This document shows positions 1-9,930 of a stretch of DNA of 64,000 nucleotides, piece after piece. Position 1 is the first letter of the stretch. Each line of letters opens with the position of its first letter. The translations under genes and the position numbers were made by a program. Under the pieces are notes generated by a model. That model made no database searches. It was not told the DNA's origin and saw nothing but the letters and a program-made list of their open reading frames with translations. Source of the DNA: Candidatus Bathyarchaeia archaeon (GTDB lineage: Archaea > Thermoproteota > Bathyarchaeia > Bathyarchaeales > Bathycorpusculaceae); NCBI GenBank assembly GCA_049515895.1, contig JBEKTQ010000005.1:1-64000 (forward strand), in the 5' to 3' direction.

Positions 1-322
1 AAAAGTAAAACCCTCGGTATGAGAACATTTACTTCTCTATTTTTTCTTTTTTTCTTCTTCAAAACGAGGGCTTTCTCGAAGATTCTCGATTGATGTTTAT
101 CACACGTGTAATAAATTTGGAGGACGCAATAACCAAAAGCAAGCTTGGCTCATCGTCTTTATACAAAAGCCCTTCAAAAAACTGTTTCACAACGTGAGTA
201 TTAAATGAGCAAATTTTACAGAGCTCGGTCTATGGAAGATTGAGTGTGGGAAATTCAAGCGTTAATGCAATAAAATTTTGGTTGTTTTCACTCATCCTCA
301 TTCAACTCGTCAATGATGCAAG

Positions 323-748
323 TTAACTTGAAGATATTATCCTCGCTACCCTTGACAGTGGATGCCCCTTAGCCTTGAGTTCCAATGTGTTGAACCAGCC
401 AAAAGGGGTTCGTATTACATTGAAGCCGCATCGAATCAGTCCTTCTTCTGTAAATTTCAATGTCTCAAGTGCTATTTCAGGGCTACTCATCTCCGCAAAT
501 AGGTGGGCAAAAGGGTGCAGAACGATAACCATTACTTTCAACTGATTAGCTAATTTTGCTATCTCATCTGCAGCCTTTTTTGCTACGTTGTCAGGATTGG
601 GCTCGTCTTGTTTCTCTACGCTTACGAGTATAAGCAGTGCTTCATCTACATCGAAGGTTTTAGATAAGGGAGTTTCCACAATCTTTGATCGCCCTTTCTC
701 AGTAATTGTGCTGCTGAAATGGTCGACATGAAGCATTAAAATTCTCAT
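323..748 (-). CDS. Free-standing archaeal threonyl-tRNA synthetase editing domain protein
   Basis: MRILMLHVD start, HPFAHL and PFGW...KGHPLS motifs typical of the archaeal ThrRS N-terminal editing domain; only 141 aa. Confidence 0.85.
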   Translation of the reverse strand: MRILMLHVDHFSSTITEKGRSKIVETPLSKTFDVDEALLILVSVEKQDEPNPDNVAKKAADEIAKLANQLKVMVIVLHPFAHLFAEMSSPEIALETLKFTEEGLIRCGFNVIRTPFGWFNTLELKAKGHPLSRVARIISSS

Positions 749-1180
749 ATTGTCTCGTCATCAATTCTTTAATCAGTTTAAGCTCTTAATCCAACGCATT
801 CCATAAAACTCTATTGGTGGGTCGTTTTGCTTCCGCTCCGCTCCCACTCTAAATCCTTTACATCAGTAATGCGGGAGTGGGAGATGCCTGCACTAGGCGG
901 CTAAGTCGCCATAGTCCCAACAAATTCTATCCAGTTCTATATGAACGATATCTATTTCATCAATGCCTTTAGCCGCATGGAGGCATCCGTTGATTTCATT
1001 TTCTGTAATCGCAGATTTTTTGAAAGCTACAGCCTGAATAAAGTCGAAAAAAAGGGGGATGAACGAGCAGTCTCATGCTTATTAATTTATGAAATACGTG
1101 CGAAGCTTGGCAACGTGAAGTTGAAGGGTTGTGGGTGGAAGCAACGAAAAATGAAGAAAGGGGAAATAGCCCTTTTTATT

Positions 1181-2548
1181 TTAGAGTCGTTTGATGTAGC
1201 GGTTGACTTCCCAATCGGTTACCTGGGTGCGGTAAAGATCCCATTCCCGGCGCTTCTCTCGCAGGAAATTATCAAACGCAGTTTCACCCAAAGTTTCACG
1301 CATTAAATCGCTGGTTTCCAACTCATCCAGGGCCTCCTGCAGCGACTCTGGCAATGAAACGATGTTACGTTCTTTGCGTTCCTCGTAGGTCATCTGGTAA
1401 ACGTTTAGCTCTACTGGGTCTCCTGGGTCAATCCTGTTCTTGATTCCATCCAAACCCGTGGCCAAAAGCACCGCAAACTGCAGATAGGGGTTTCCTGCTC
1501 CGTCTGGGTTGCGGATTTCGCATCGGGCAGCGTTCTTTCTTCCGCCAAAGTTAGGTACACGAATAAGCGGTGAACGGTTCTTGTGGGCCCATGCAAGGTA
1601 CACTGGCGCTTCGTAACCTGGGACTAGTCGCTTGAAACTGTTTGGCCATGAATCAAGGATAGCGCACATTTTGCGTCCGTGAGCCAATTGTCCGCCGATA
1701 AAGCTTCTCGCCAGGTCGGATAGGAAACCGTTCTTTTCGTCGTCAGCATAGAAGAGGTTCTGGGTTGCATCCTTGTTCCAGAGGCTTTGGTGAGTATGCA
1801 TTCCCGATCCGTTTATGCCGCTGAAAGGTTTAGGCATGTAAGTGGTGATGTAACCATTTCGTGCTCCAACAACTTTGCCGCACATTCTCATGGTGATTGT
1901 TCGGTCAGCCGTTTTCAATGCTTCATCAAACTTGAAGTCAATTTCGTTCTGCCCCAATGCCACTTCATGATGGGAAATTTCGATGTCGATACCGAACGCT
2001 TCGGCGGTGTCAGCTATTTCCCTGCGTAAATCGTCAGTTAGGTCGCCAGGGTGAAAATCAAAGTAGCCCGCTAGGTCAATCGGCCTAGGCAATCCTCCTT
2101 CCTCTTCGCTTTCCTTCACTATGAAGAATTCCAGTTCTGGAGCGCAGAAAAAGGTGTAGCCTGCTTTAGCTGCTTTTTCCGTAACCCGTTCTAAGACATA
2201 GCGTGGATCTCCGTCGAAGCGTTTGTTTTGAGGAGTGTAAATATCGCAGATCAATCGTGCGCTGGATTTTTCTTTTGGCCTCCAAGGGACAACCGCAAAA
2301 GTTGTGGGGTCGGGGTAGAGAACCATATCAGATTCTTCTATCGGCCTGTAACCTGTGATGGAGGAGCCATCGAAGGATTGGCCGTTTTCAAAAATTGTTT
2401 CAAGATTTTTTGAGCTCACAGCTAAGTTTTTGAGCATGCCGTTGATGTCGGTGAACTGAAGTCTAACATACTTGATGTCTTGCTCTTGGATTTGCTTGAT
2501 AACCTTGGTTACGCTTTCTTTCCATGTCGCATCTTTAAAATTTCTCAT
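1181..2548 (-). CDS. glnA: Glutamine synthetase type I (GSI-alpha-like)
   Basis: FDGSS, PELEFF, HHEVALGQNEID, MPKP..NGSGMH, RLVPGYEAP, NRS..IRVP, EIRNPD..NPYL motifs. Confidence 0.93.
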   Translation of the reverse strand: MRNFKDATWKESVTKVIKQIQEQDIKYVRLQFTDINGMLKNLAVSSKNLETIFENGQSFDGSSITGYRPIEESDMVLYPDPTTFAVVPWRPKEKSSARLICDIYTPQNKRFDGDPRYVLERVTEKAAKAGYTFFCAPELEFFIVKESEEEGGLPRPIDLAGYFDFHPGDLTDDLRREIADTAEAFGIDIEISHHEVALGQNEIDFKFDEALKTADRTITMRMCGKVVGARNGYITTYMPKPFSGINGSGMHTHQSLWNKDATQNLFYADDEKNGFLSDLARSFIGGQLAHGRKMCAILDSWPNSFKRLVPGYEAPVYLAWAHKNRSPLIRVPNFGGRKNAARCEIRNPDGAGNPYLQFAVLLATGLDGIKNRIDPGDPVELNVYQMTYEERKERNIVSLPESLQEALDELETSDLMRETLGETAFDNFLREKRREWDLYRTQVTDWEVNRYIKRL

Positions 2549-2830
2549 TTTCTCATGTCACCTTAGCGTTAAGTGTTAATTCTTGTTTTATTAATAGATG
2601 TTTAAACATAAATATCTTTAATGTTCTTTAATGATTTATAAAGCAAATTAACAACTGTTCACAAACAGCTTAATTTTTCGACGATTTAAGCAAAAAAGGG
2701 GGTCGGTGAATATTGAACTTTAGAGGAAAAAACACTAAATTGAGGGTTAAAAATAAGAGAAAAATTAGGGCAAGATTGAGTTTGAACTCAAATTCTTGCT
2801 TTTACTTCAGCGCTGCAACTATTCGCTAGC

Positions 2831-4300
2831 TTAATAGTCTAGGTACTTCATTATTTCCCATGGGGAAACGTAAAGACAGTATTGGTTCCAATCGTTTGTC
2901 TTGAGCTCTATGAATGCGTCAAAAACGTGGCTGCCGAGGGCTTCTTTGATGACAGTGTCGCTTTCCATTTCGTCTAGCGCTCCTTTGAGTGTTGTTGGGA
3001 GTTCTTTTATGCCTAGTTCTTTCCGTTTCGCTTTGGTCAATTTGTAAACGTCTTCGTCAACGGGGTCGCCTGGGTCAAGTTTTTTCTTCACGCCGTCCAA
3101 GCCTGCCGTCATTATGCAGCTGAATGCCAGGTACGGGTTGCATGATGGGTCAACTCCTCGGTATTCAACGCGTTTCTGGGCTTGATGTGAGGGACCTTTG
3201 TAGTACATGGGTATGCGTGCGAGGGCGGATCTGTTAGCTTTTGACCACATGACGTATATTGGGGCTTCGAAGCCTGGAACAAGGCGTTTGTAGCTGCTTA
3301 CTGTTGGGCAGCATATTGCGGTTAAGGCTTTAGCGTGTTCAAGTATGCCTCCCACATAGTATCTGCCTACTTGGCTCAGTTCTGCGTACTCGTCTTTTCC
3401 ATCGTACATTGCGTTCTTGCCGTCTTTCCAGATGCTTGAGTGAACATGCATGCCGCTAGCGTTGTCAAGGTAGATGGGTTTAGGCATGAAAGTGGCGATT
3501 AAGCCGCGTTTCTTGGCGATGTTTTTAGCGACGAACTTGAAGAAGAGTGCTCGGTCAGCTGTTTCCAGGAGTTCACCGTATTTATAGTCGATTTCTACTT
3601 GGCCGGCTGTGGCTACCTCGTGGTGATGCTTCTCGATTGTTAAGCCAAAGTTGTCTTCCAGTATCTGCGAAACCTCGTTTCTATATTCTACAGTTGTGTC
3701 TTCAGGCGGAGTTCGGTAATAGGCTTCTTTGGGTCTGAGAATGAAGCCGCCGGGTGTTACTTCTGGAGAGTTTGGCACAACTCTGGGGGCACCCCAACTG
3801 TCGCCTTCGCCGCCTTTGGGGCTAACCCACAGATCCCATGTTAGTTTGGTAGGGTCGATTGAGGAGAAAACGAAGTGTTCAAGTTCGGGAGCGAAAAATC
3901 CAGTGTATCCCATGTCCTTGGCTGCTTTTATAGCTCTTTTTGCGACGTAGCCTCTTGGGCAAGCAACTGAAGGCTCTTTTGCACCTGAAGCTTCCAATGC
4001 GTCGCCGAGTACAATTGCGCTTTTTTGCGCTTCATCAGTTACCCAGGGCATTATCGATAAGGTTTTGGCGTCAGGCATGAAGATCATGTCGGATTCTTCG
4101 ATTGATTTGAAGCCACGTACTGATGATCCGTCGAAGCCGATGCCGTCTGTGAATGCTGAGCCGCTTACATATTCTCGTGCGGGTAGAACCATGTCTTGGA
4201 GTATTCCTCTTACATCGACGAATGCTGAGTGCACCCATCGAATGTTGTTTGATTTGAGAGTTTCAATTGCTTTCTTAACTTCACTCATGACTTTCACCAT
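2831..4300 (-). CDS. glnA: Glutamine synthetase type I (with GSI-beta-like insertion)
   Basis: FDGSSVRGF, HHHEVATAGQVEID, FMPKP..NASGMH, KRLVPGFEAP, VEYRGVDPSCNPYL; extra segment after PELEHF. Confidence 0.93.
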   Translation of the reverse strand: MVKVMSEVKKAIETLKSNNIRWVHSAFVDVRGILQDMVLPAREYVSGSAFTDGIGFDGSSVRGFKSIEESDMIFMPDAKTLSIMPWVTDEAQKSAIVLGDALEASGAKEPSVACPRGYVAKRAIKAAKDMGYTGFFAPELEHFVFSSIDPTKLTWDLWVSPKGGEGDSWGAPRVVPNSPEVTPGGFILRPKEAYYRTPPEDTTVEYRNEVSQILEDNFGLTIEKHHHEVATAGQVEIDYKYGELLETADRALFFKFVAKNIAKKRGLIATFMPKPIYLDNASGMHVHSSIWKDGKNAMYDGKDEYAELSQVGRYYVGGILEHAKALTAICCPTVSSYKRLVPGFEAPIYVMWSKANRSALARIPMYYKGPSHQAQKRVEYRGVDPSCNPYLAFSCIMTAGLDGVKKKLDPGDPVDEDVYKLTKAKRKELGIKELPTTLKGALDEMESDTVIKEALGSHVFDAFIELKTNDWNQYCLYVSPWEIMKYLDY

Positions 4301-4478
4301 ACTAAATCATATGTTTTAGAATCCCTTTGAAACATAAACATATATAAGCTTATCTCTTGAAAGTTTGAATAAACGTTCACAATGGAAAACTTAACGGGTG
4401 ATCGAATGGTAGTTCTTAAGAATTATGAAGGGGTCATAAGAATGCATAACGAAAAGGGCCACTCGTTACTTCGGTTAC

Positions 4479-4934
4479 CTACGTTTCTCTACGCAGGAAA
4501 TCTCCAACATCCAACACGTTTCTAATCGCAACTTTCTCGGATCCGCCTAAATCACCCATTATACTTCCGAATCCAAGGCACTCATTAAACTCATTAAGCA
4601 CCAAAGTGTAATCACCCTTACGCTTGGACCCCATCACTTTAACTACACCTGACCTGAAAATGTCTCTGCCGCAGATGAAAAGCCAAGCAGCTTTGCGATC
4701 AACCACAACTTTATTGGCCGACACATCCAAAAGCATGTTGAGCAGGTTAAAGCTCGGAAAGAAAACCCCGTTCTTGACCTTGCCTATGTACAAGCCTGCA
4801 TAGTAAAAGTTGCTCTGAAATTTTTTCAGGCGGGGACTTAAAAGATAAAAGCGTTGGCTTTTCTCAACTATAAATTCTGGATTAAAAACAATTTTAGCGC
4901 CAAGACGCGATGCAAAAGCTTCAAACGGTCTCAT
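4479..4934 (-). CDS. NIP7-like PUA-domain ribosome biogenesis protein
   Basis: YAGLYIGK, AWLFICGRDIF, CLGFG, VLDVGDFLRRE pattern of archaeal Nip7; 3 bp after NOP2-like gene. Confidence 0.8.
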   Translation of the reverse strand: MRPFEAFASRLGAKIVFNPEFIVEKSQRFYLLSPRLKKFQSNFYYAGLYIGKVKNGVFFPSFNLLNMLLDVSANKVVVDRKAAWLFICGRDIFRSGVVKVMGSKRKGDYTLVLNEFNECLGFGSIMGDLGGSEKVAIRNVLDVGDFLRRET

Positions 4935-4937
4935 TGA

Positions 4938-5819
4938 CTAAACGCCTTTCTTGAGTTTGCAAACAAAGAAACCCTGCGTTTCCCCCGGCCAAATTCTCTT
5001 GCAAAAAGCCACTTCAGGCTCGAGTTTCCTTCCAAAAACCTCAGTTAACCCACTCGCTCCATAGCATTCAACCTTCTGGATCTGAAGCCCCAAATTATTA
5101 ACTGCCCAATCCATGTTCAACTCATCTTCCTCAGGCTCCAACGAGCAGGTAGAATAGACAATTTCACCGCCCTCAGCTAAGCAGGTTGCGGTTTCCGCCA
5201 AAATTGCTCTCTGCACTTCCGCGTTCCTCGCAATGTCAGCGAGTGTTCTTCTGTAAAACCATTCCTTGTCACCAGCAAAATTACCCGAACAAGGAACGTC
5301 CAGCAGTATGCGATCGAATTTTCGGTTCAGCATACCAACCTGACGTGCATCAATATTGTAGACAATTGTGTTGCTGACGTGGCAACGTTCTAGATGGTTA
5401 GCCAATGCGTTCAGCCGCTGCTTGCTTATGTCTAACGCCGTTATGACGCCACTGTTTTCCATGAGGTCAGACAGCTGAAGCGTTTTCCCGCCCGGCGCGG
5501 CACAGGCGTCAAGCACCATTTTTCCGCCTAAAGAGGTGAATAGTGATGCGGGAATTTGGGCGGCTGCTTCCTGGACTGAGTACAGGCCAAGCAGGTATTC
5601 GGCTGTGGCGCCGACGGAAACGTTTGATTTGTTGACCCAGTATCCAGCGCTCAAAAATGGAACTTTCTGGAGGTCCACGCCTAAGATCCGAAGCCTCTTG
5701 GGAAGGTTTTTTCCTTTAGCGTTGATTTGGTTTATACGGATTGATTGCTTAAGCCTGATTTCCTTGTATAACCAGCCGAGTTTTGCGTAGCGGTCGAGGA
5801 AAAACTGTTTTGCTGACAT
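4938..5819 (-). CDS. RsmB/NOP2-family RNA m5C methyltransferase
   Basis: VQEAAAQ, VLDACAAPGGKT, ILLDVPCSG, VYSTCSLEPEEDE; start placed at MSAKQ (5819). Confidence 0.92.
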   Translation of the reverse strand: MSAKQFFLDRYAKLGWLYKEIRLKQSIRINQINAKGKNLPKRLRILGVDLQKVPFLSAGYWVNKSNVSVGATAEYLLGLYSVQEAAAQIPASLFTSLGGKMVLDACAAPGGKTLQLSDLMENSGVITALDISKQRLNALANHLERCHVSNTIVYNIDARQVGMLNRKFDRILLDVPCSGNFAGDKEWFYRRTLADIARNAEVQRAILAETATCLAEGGEIVYSTCSLEPEEDELNMDWAVNNLGLQIQKVECYGASGLTEVFGRKLEPEVAFCKRIWPGETQGFFVCKLKKGV

Positions 5820-6022
5820 CGACTTTACATTGCGGCGTAGTAAATAAAAACTTTTCAACAGCGCACCCAAGTGTTTCAAAAAAGATTGCCATAAGGTTAA
5901 TAGGCTACAATTTCACTTTCCATGTCAGCTTATCAATTTCGAGAGTTTGTTAGAATGCTGCAAATAGCTAAAAAAAGTTCCTTTCAAATATCATGTTTAT
6001 TCAAAATGGAGATTGAGTAATT

Positions 6023-8239
6023 ATGGCGCGTTATAGGCAAACAGAAGAAATAGTTAAACTTATGGATAACCCAACTATCATACGTAACACTAGCATCATC
6101 GCCCATGTTGACCATGGAAAAACGACCTTGTCAGACAGCCTTCTAGCTGCTGCAGGCATCATCAGTACACAAACCGCCGGTCAAAAATTGTTCCTTGACT
6201 CATGGGATCTCGAGCAGAAACGTCAAATGACCGTTTTCGCCTCAAACGTCAGCCTTGTTCACACTTACAACAATCAGGATTACCTTATCAATCTCATCGA
6301 TACGCCTGGCCACATTGACTTTTCAGGTGCAGTAACAAGAAGCCTCAGGGCCGTCGACGGTGCTCTTGTGGTTGTCGATGCTGTTGAAGGACCTATGACT
6401 CAGACAGAAACTGTTCTCATGCAGGCTCTGCGGGAACGTGTTAAACCAATTCTATTCATCAATAAAGTTGACCGCTTAATCAAAGAAATTAAACTTACGC
6501 CTCAGGAGATTCAAAAAAGATTCGCGAAGATTCTCATGAGAGTTAACAATTTAATCGAGAAGTATGCTCCTGCAGAGCACAAGAAAGATTGGCAAGTAAC
6601 TGTTGAAGATGGCCGTGTGGCTTTTGGTTCAGCGCTTCATAAATGGGGTTTGAACATTGACCACATGAGACTGAAAAAAGTGAACTTCCAAGACATAATC
6701 GATGCATACGCAGGTGACCCTGTAGATGTCGGAAGGAAAGTTGACGAGCTCAGCAAAAGGGCGCCCTTACCTGAACCAATTTTGGACATGTTCTGCAAGC
6801 ATTTACCTAATCCTTTCGAAGCGCAACCCTACAGGCAGCCACAGATTTGGCCAGGAGACGTCACCAGTCCAACCGGTCAAGGCATGGCGAAAGTTGATCC
6901 TAATGCACCTTTGCTAATGTGCATATCCACTATTGAGGTTGATCCACACAGTGGCACTGTTGCGATCGGTAGGATTTTCAGTGGTTCAGTTACCCGAGGA
7001 AAAGTAGTTCAACTAGTTAGCAGTAGCCAGAAAGGCACTGTACAACAGGTTTTCATGAGTATGGCGACAGACAGAGTTATCATTGACCGTGTACCAGCTG
7101 GCAATATTGGTGCGATTTCAGGTTTACCAACCATACATGTCGGTGAAACTATTGCTGAAGAAGGCGCTGAAGTTCACTCCTTTGAAGGTTTAAGATACGT
7201 TTCGGACCCAGTTGTAACTGTAGCCGTTGAACCGGAAGACGTCAAGGACCTGCCATTGTTTGATAAAGTCATGCATAAACTTACAACAGAAGATCCTAAC
7301 CTGCACTTCATTATGAACAAGGAAAGTGGCGAATTTCTCCTGTCAGGTATGGGTGAGCTTCATCTTGAAATCACTGCTTACCGCATGCAGGAAGCTGGCT
7401 TGAAAGTAAAATTAAGCAAACCAATCGTTATCTATCGAGAAACCATAAGTCACGATTACCGTGGTCCAGCAATCATGGGTAAAAGCCCTAACAAACACAA
7501 CAAGCTCTGGATTACCATTGAGAGGTTGTCAGATGAGGTTATTGAAGCGATTAAGTCAGATAAAATTAATGACATGCAAAACAAAGATGAACGGACCAAA
7601 GTATTACGTTCATTAGGTTGGCCAGCTGACGAAGCTAAAGGCGCAGTTGCAGTTGAAGAAAACTGCATTCTTTGCAATCGTATTAGAGGAAGACAGTACG
7701 TGGAGGAAGTCCTCGACCACATTAAAACTGGGTTCCGCGAAGCAGTTCACACTTCACCTTTAGCTAAAGAACCCGCGTACGGCCTAAGAATTAACCTTGA
7801 AGACATTGTCCTACACGAGGACCCAGTTCACAGGGGTCCCGCGCAAGCTATCCCGATGACTTGGAGACCAATATACTGCACCATATTACTCAGCGATCCG
7901 AAACTTCTTGAGCCACTTATGAGTTTCGAATGCAAAGTTCCAAGCGAATTCGTAAGCGCAGTAATCACACTGCTAAACAAGAGGCGCGGAAAAATCCTCG
8001 ACATGCCATCCGAAGAAGACATGATTACTGTCAAAGCTGAAATGCCAGTTTCCGAAAGCTTCGGCATAGCCGATGAACTGCGCGGTTCAACTTCAGGCAG
8101 AGCATTCTGGGCAACACAGTTCAGCCGTTGGGCACCAGTTCCAGAGCAGTTGCAGGCAGAAACCATAAAGAAAATCCGCGAACGAAGAGGATTACCACCG
8201 ATCCCGCCCAAACCAGAAGAATACTTCGAATCGGAATAA
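6023..8239 (+). CDS. fusA: Translation elongation factor EF-2 family GTPase (divergent, possibly the aEF-2 paralog)
   Basis: AHVDHGKT, DTPGH, NKVD, GMGELHLE, diphthamide loop HEDPVHRG; switch I reads RQMT instead of RGIT. Confidence 0.92.
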   Translation: MARYRQTEEIVKLMDNPTIIRNTSIIAHVDHGKTTLSDSLLAAAGIISTQTAGQKLFLDSWDLEQKRQMTVFASNVSLVHTYNNQDYLINLIDTPGHIDFSGAVTRSLRAVDGALVVVDAVEGPMTQTETVLMQALRERVKPILFINKVDRLIKEIKLTPQEIQKRFAKILMRVNNLIEKYAPAEHKKDWQVTVEDGRVAFGSALHKWGLNIDHMRLKKVNFQDIIDAYAGDPVDVGRKVDELSKRAPLPEPILDMFCKHLPNPFEAQPYRQPQIWPGDVTSPTGQGMAKVDPNAPLLMCISTIEVDPHSGTVAIGRIFSGSVTRGKVVQLVSSSQKGTVQQVFMSMATDRVIIDRVPAGNIGAISGLPTIHVGETIAEEGAEVHSFEGLRYVSDPVVTVAVEPEDVKDLPLFDKVMHKLTTEDPNLHFIMNKESGEFLLSGMGELHLEITAYRMQEAGLKVKLSKPIVIYRETISHDYRGPAIMGKSPNKHNKLWITIERLSDEVIEAIKSDKINDMQNKDERTKVLRSLGWPADEAKGAVAVEENCILCNRIRGRQYVEEVLDHIKTGFREAVHTSPLAKEPAYGLRINLEDIVLHEDPVHRGPAQAIPMTWRPIYCTILLSDPKLLEPLMSFECKVPSEFVSAVITLLNKRRGKILDMPSEEDMITVKAEMPVSESFGIADELRGSTSGRAFWATQFSRWAPVPEQLQAETIKKIRERRGLPPIPPKPEEYFESE

Positions 8240-8320
8240 ACCGCTCCATCTTTCTTTTTTTGTTGTTTAACAAAAAAGAAACCTGAATCATTTTCAAAGT
8301 TTTTGCGCTCTGCTGCCCTG

Positions 8321-8538
8321 GCTTTTCTAACTTGAAGGATTTTTTTGCCTTTTTCAGATTAAACGAGAGATTTTGGGAGAATTATAGATTTCTAGCGATT
8401 TAGGGAGATTTTCAACCTTTTTAAACCGTTTTTAACCATTCCTAACCGTTTTTACCCATTTCCAACCGTTTTCAACCGCAACCTGCAACCAATCCAAGCT
8501 CCAAACCCAAGAAAGCAACCCAAAACACAAACAACAAA
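8321..8538 (+). repeat. Dispersed non-coding repeat, copy 1 (10-bp-phased core)
   Basis: Blocks 8349-8391 and 8484-8538 match the reverse complements of 28000-28042 (38/43) and 27892-27945 (47/55, one gap) by hand alignment. Confidence 0.85.
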
Positions 8539-8705
8539 AATGCCGCAGCCCGGAATTGGAAAAAACCGCTTTAACAATCGATAAAAGAAGTTAAAAAGAT
8601 GACATGCTCTTATATGGAAGCAACCATTTTTGAGAGTCTCTAATGCATAGTAGCGACTTCCAATAACAAACGAAAAAGAAGAGTTTGAGATTTCGTTTTG
8701 AATTG

Positions 8706-9074
8706 TTACCACAAAGACGGCAGTGCTGGAAACCCAAGCGCCACTAGTATCGCGGATAGTATTATTGATACGACCCAGTAGATTATCCCCGCAATTATGG
8801 CTATTGCGATTCCTCTAAGCAACCCGCAGTCAAAGAAGTGTGTAATCAGTGCCAGCCACACTACTATCATAATTAATGTTCCAAGTATTGATCCAAGCAA
8901 GCCACTCAGAAAGAAGCTAATGACTGCACCAATTACAACTCCCAAAACTCCAATCCAGACGGCGTGTGAGAATCTTGCTTTGTTGCCTACAAACCATCTT
9001 CCAACAATCCACAACACTGGAGCCAGTAAAACGGCGGCTACGACAATTTGAATAATCAACGAAACAAAATTCAT
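8706..9074 (-). CDS. Small integral membrane protein (about 4 TM), hypothetical
   Basis: Four hydrophobic segments; GGAGGG upstream of ATG. Confidence 0.75.
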   Translation of the reverse strand: MNFVSLIIQIVVAAVLLAPVLWIVGRWFVGNKARFSHAVWIGVLGVVIGAVISFFLSGLLGSILGTLIMIVVWLALITHFFDCGLLRGIAIAIIAGIIYWVVSIILSAILVALGFPALPSLW

Positions 9075-9432
9075 GATTTTCTTTTCCCTCCATTCTCATA
9101 TTAGCAAGTTTTCTTTTAAAACTTTTTTCGAACGTTACGCGCTAAATCATTAGTACACGCAACTTCACTAAACTCCATTTCGAATTTGTTTTGCCGAAAG
9201 TGCAGCCAAATGTTTTCTTCAACCATTTCTTAACGGCCTTTTTCTTTTTCATAATCTATTGTGGATTTTGAATTCATCACATAAATTTAAATTCTCAGTG
9301 TTTCCAAGCCCAATTTTTCCATTTTTCTGAATAACAATGAGCGCTTGTTTTTCAAAGGAACTTGAATTATGTTTGAAGGTGTATATGTACGTGTTATGAA
9401 GTCTTATTAGTCGTTCGCGCCCACGATAATCC

Positions 9433-9654
9433 ATGTCAAGGCGAAACAGGGTCGTATCCTTCTTGATAATGCCAATAGCAGTCTTTTTCTGGGGTATTGG
9501 CTGGAGTCTTTACTGGATAGGATCAATAAGAAAAACAACAAAACACAAACCAAAACTGTCTGTTCAGAGAGAGCTTAGCATCTTTGTGCCGACGCCACAA
9601 CAGAAGTATGCAACCGCACCTAAACAGGATTGCAGAGACCTTAATGCGGATTAG
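9433..9654 (+). CDS. Small single-TM hypothetical protein
   Basis: Hydrophobic FLIMPIAVFFWGIGWSLYWIG followed by basic tail. Confidence 0.55.
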   Translation: MSRRNRVVSFLIMPIAVFFWGIGWSLYWIGSIRKTTKHKPKLSVQRELSIFVPTPQQKYATAPKQDCRDLNAD

Positions 9655-9930
9655 AAACCAGCGCGCCTAATGCAGAAACGGGAAATGAAGCGTACACATC
9701 AATTCAAGTTATCATGGCAGCGCTAACGTGCTTGAGCGTGAGCTAGTTTTTCCTTCGCAAATTTCAAGGCAATTTCGAAAATATTATTTTCAAATTCATA
9801 AAATTATTAATCCAATAACATCAATCTACATCTCAACACGTAAATTATAGCATATCTTAAGCGTATGAAAAATGGCAAAGAAATCAGAACACGCACGGTT
9901 CTTCATCACATTATTAGCGGATTTGATTGC

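Noticed and set aside
8452-8712. 86-aa ORF over repeat copy 1 (and the 27782-27967 ORF over copy 2)
   Set aside because: The frames are not conserved between the two copies, so the shared sequence is non-coding.
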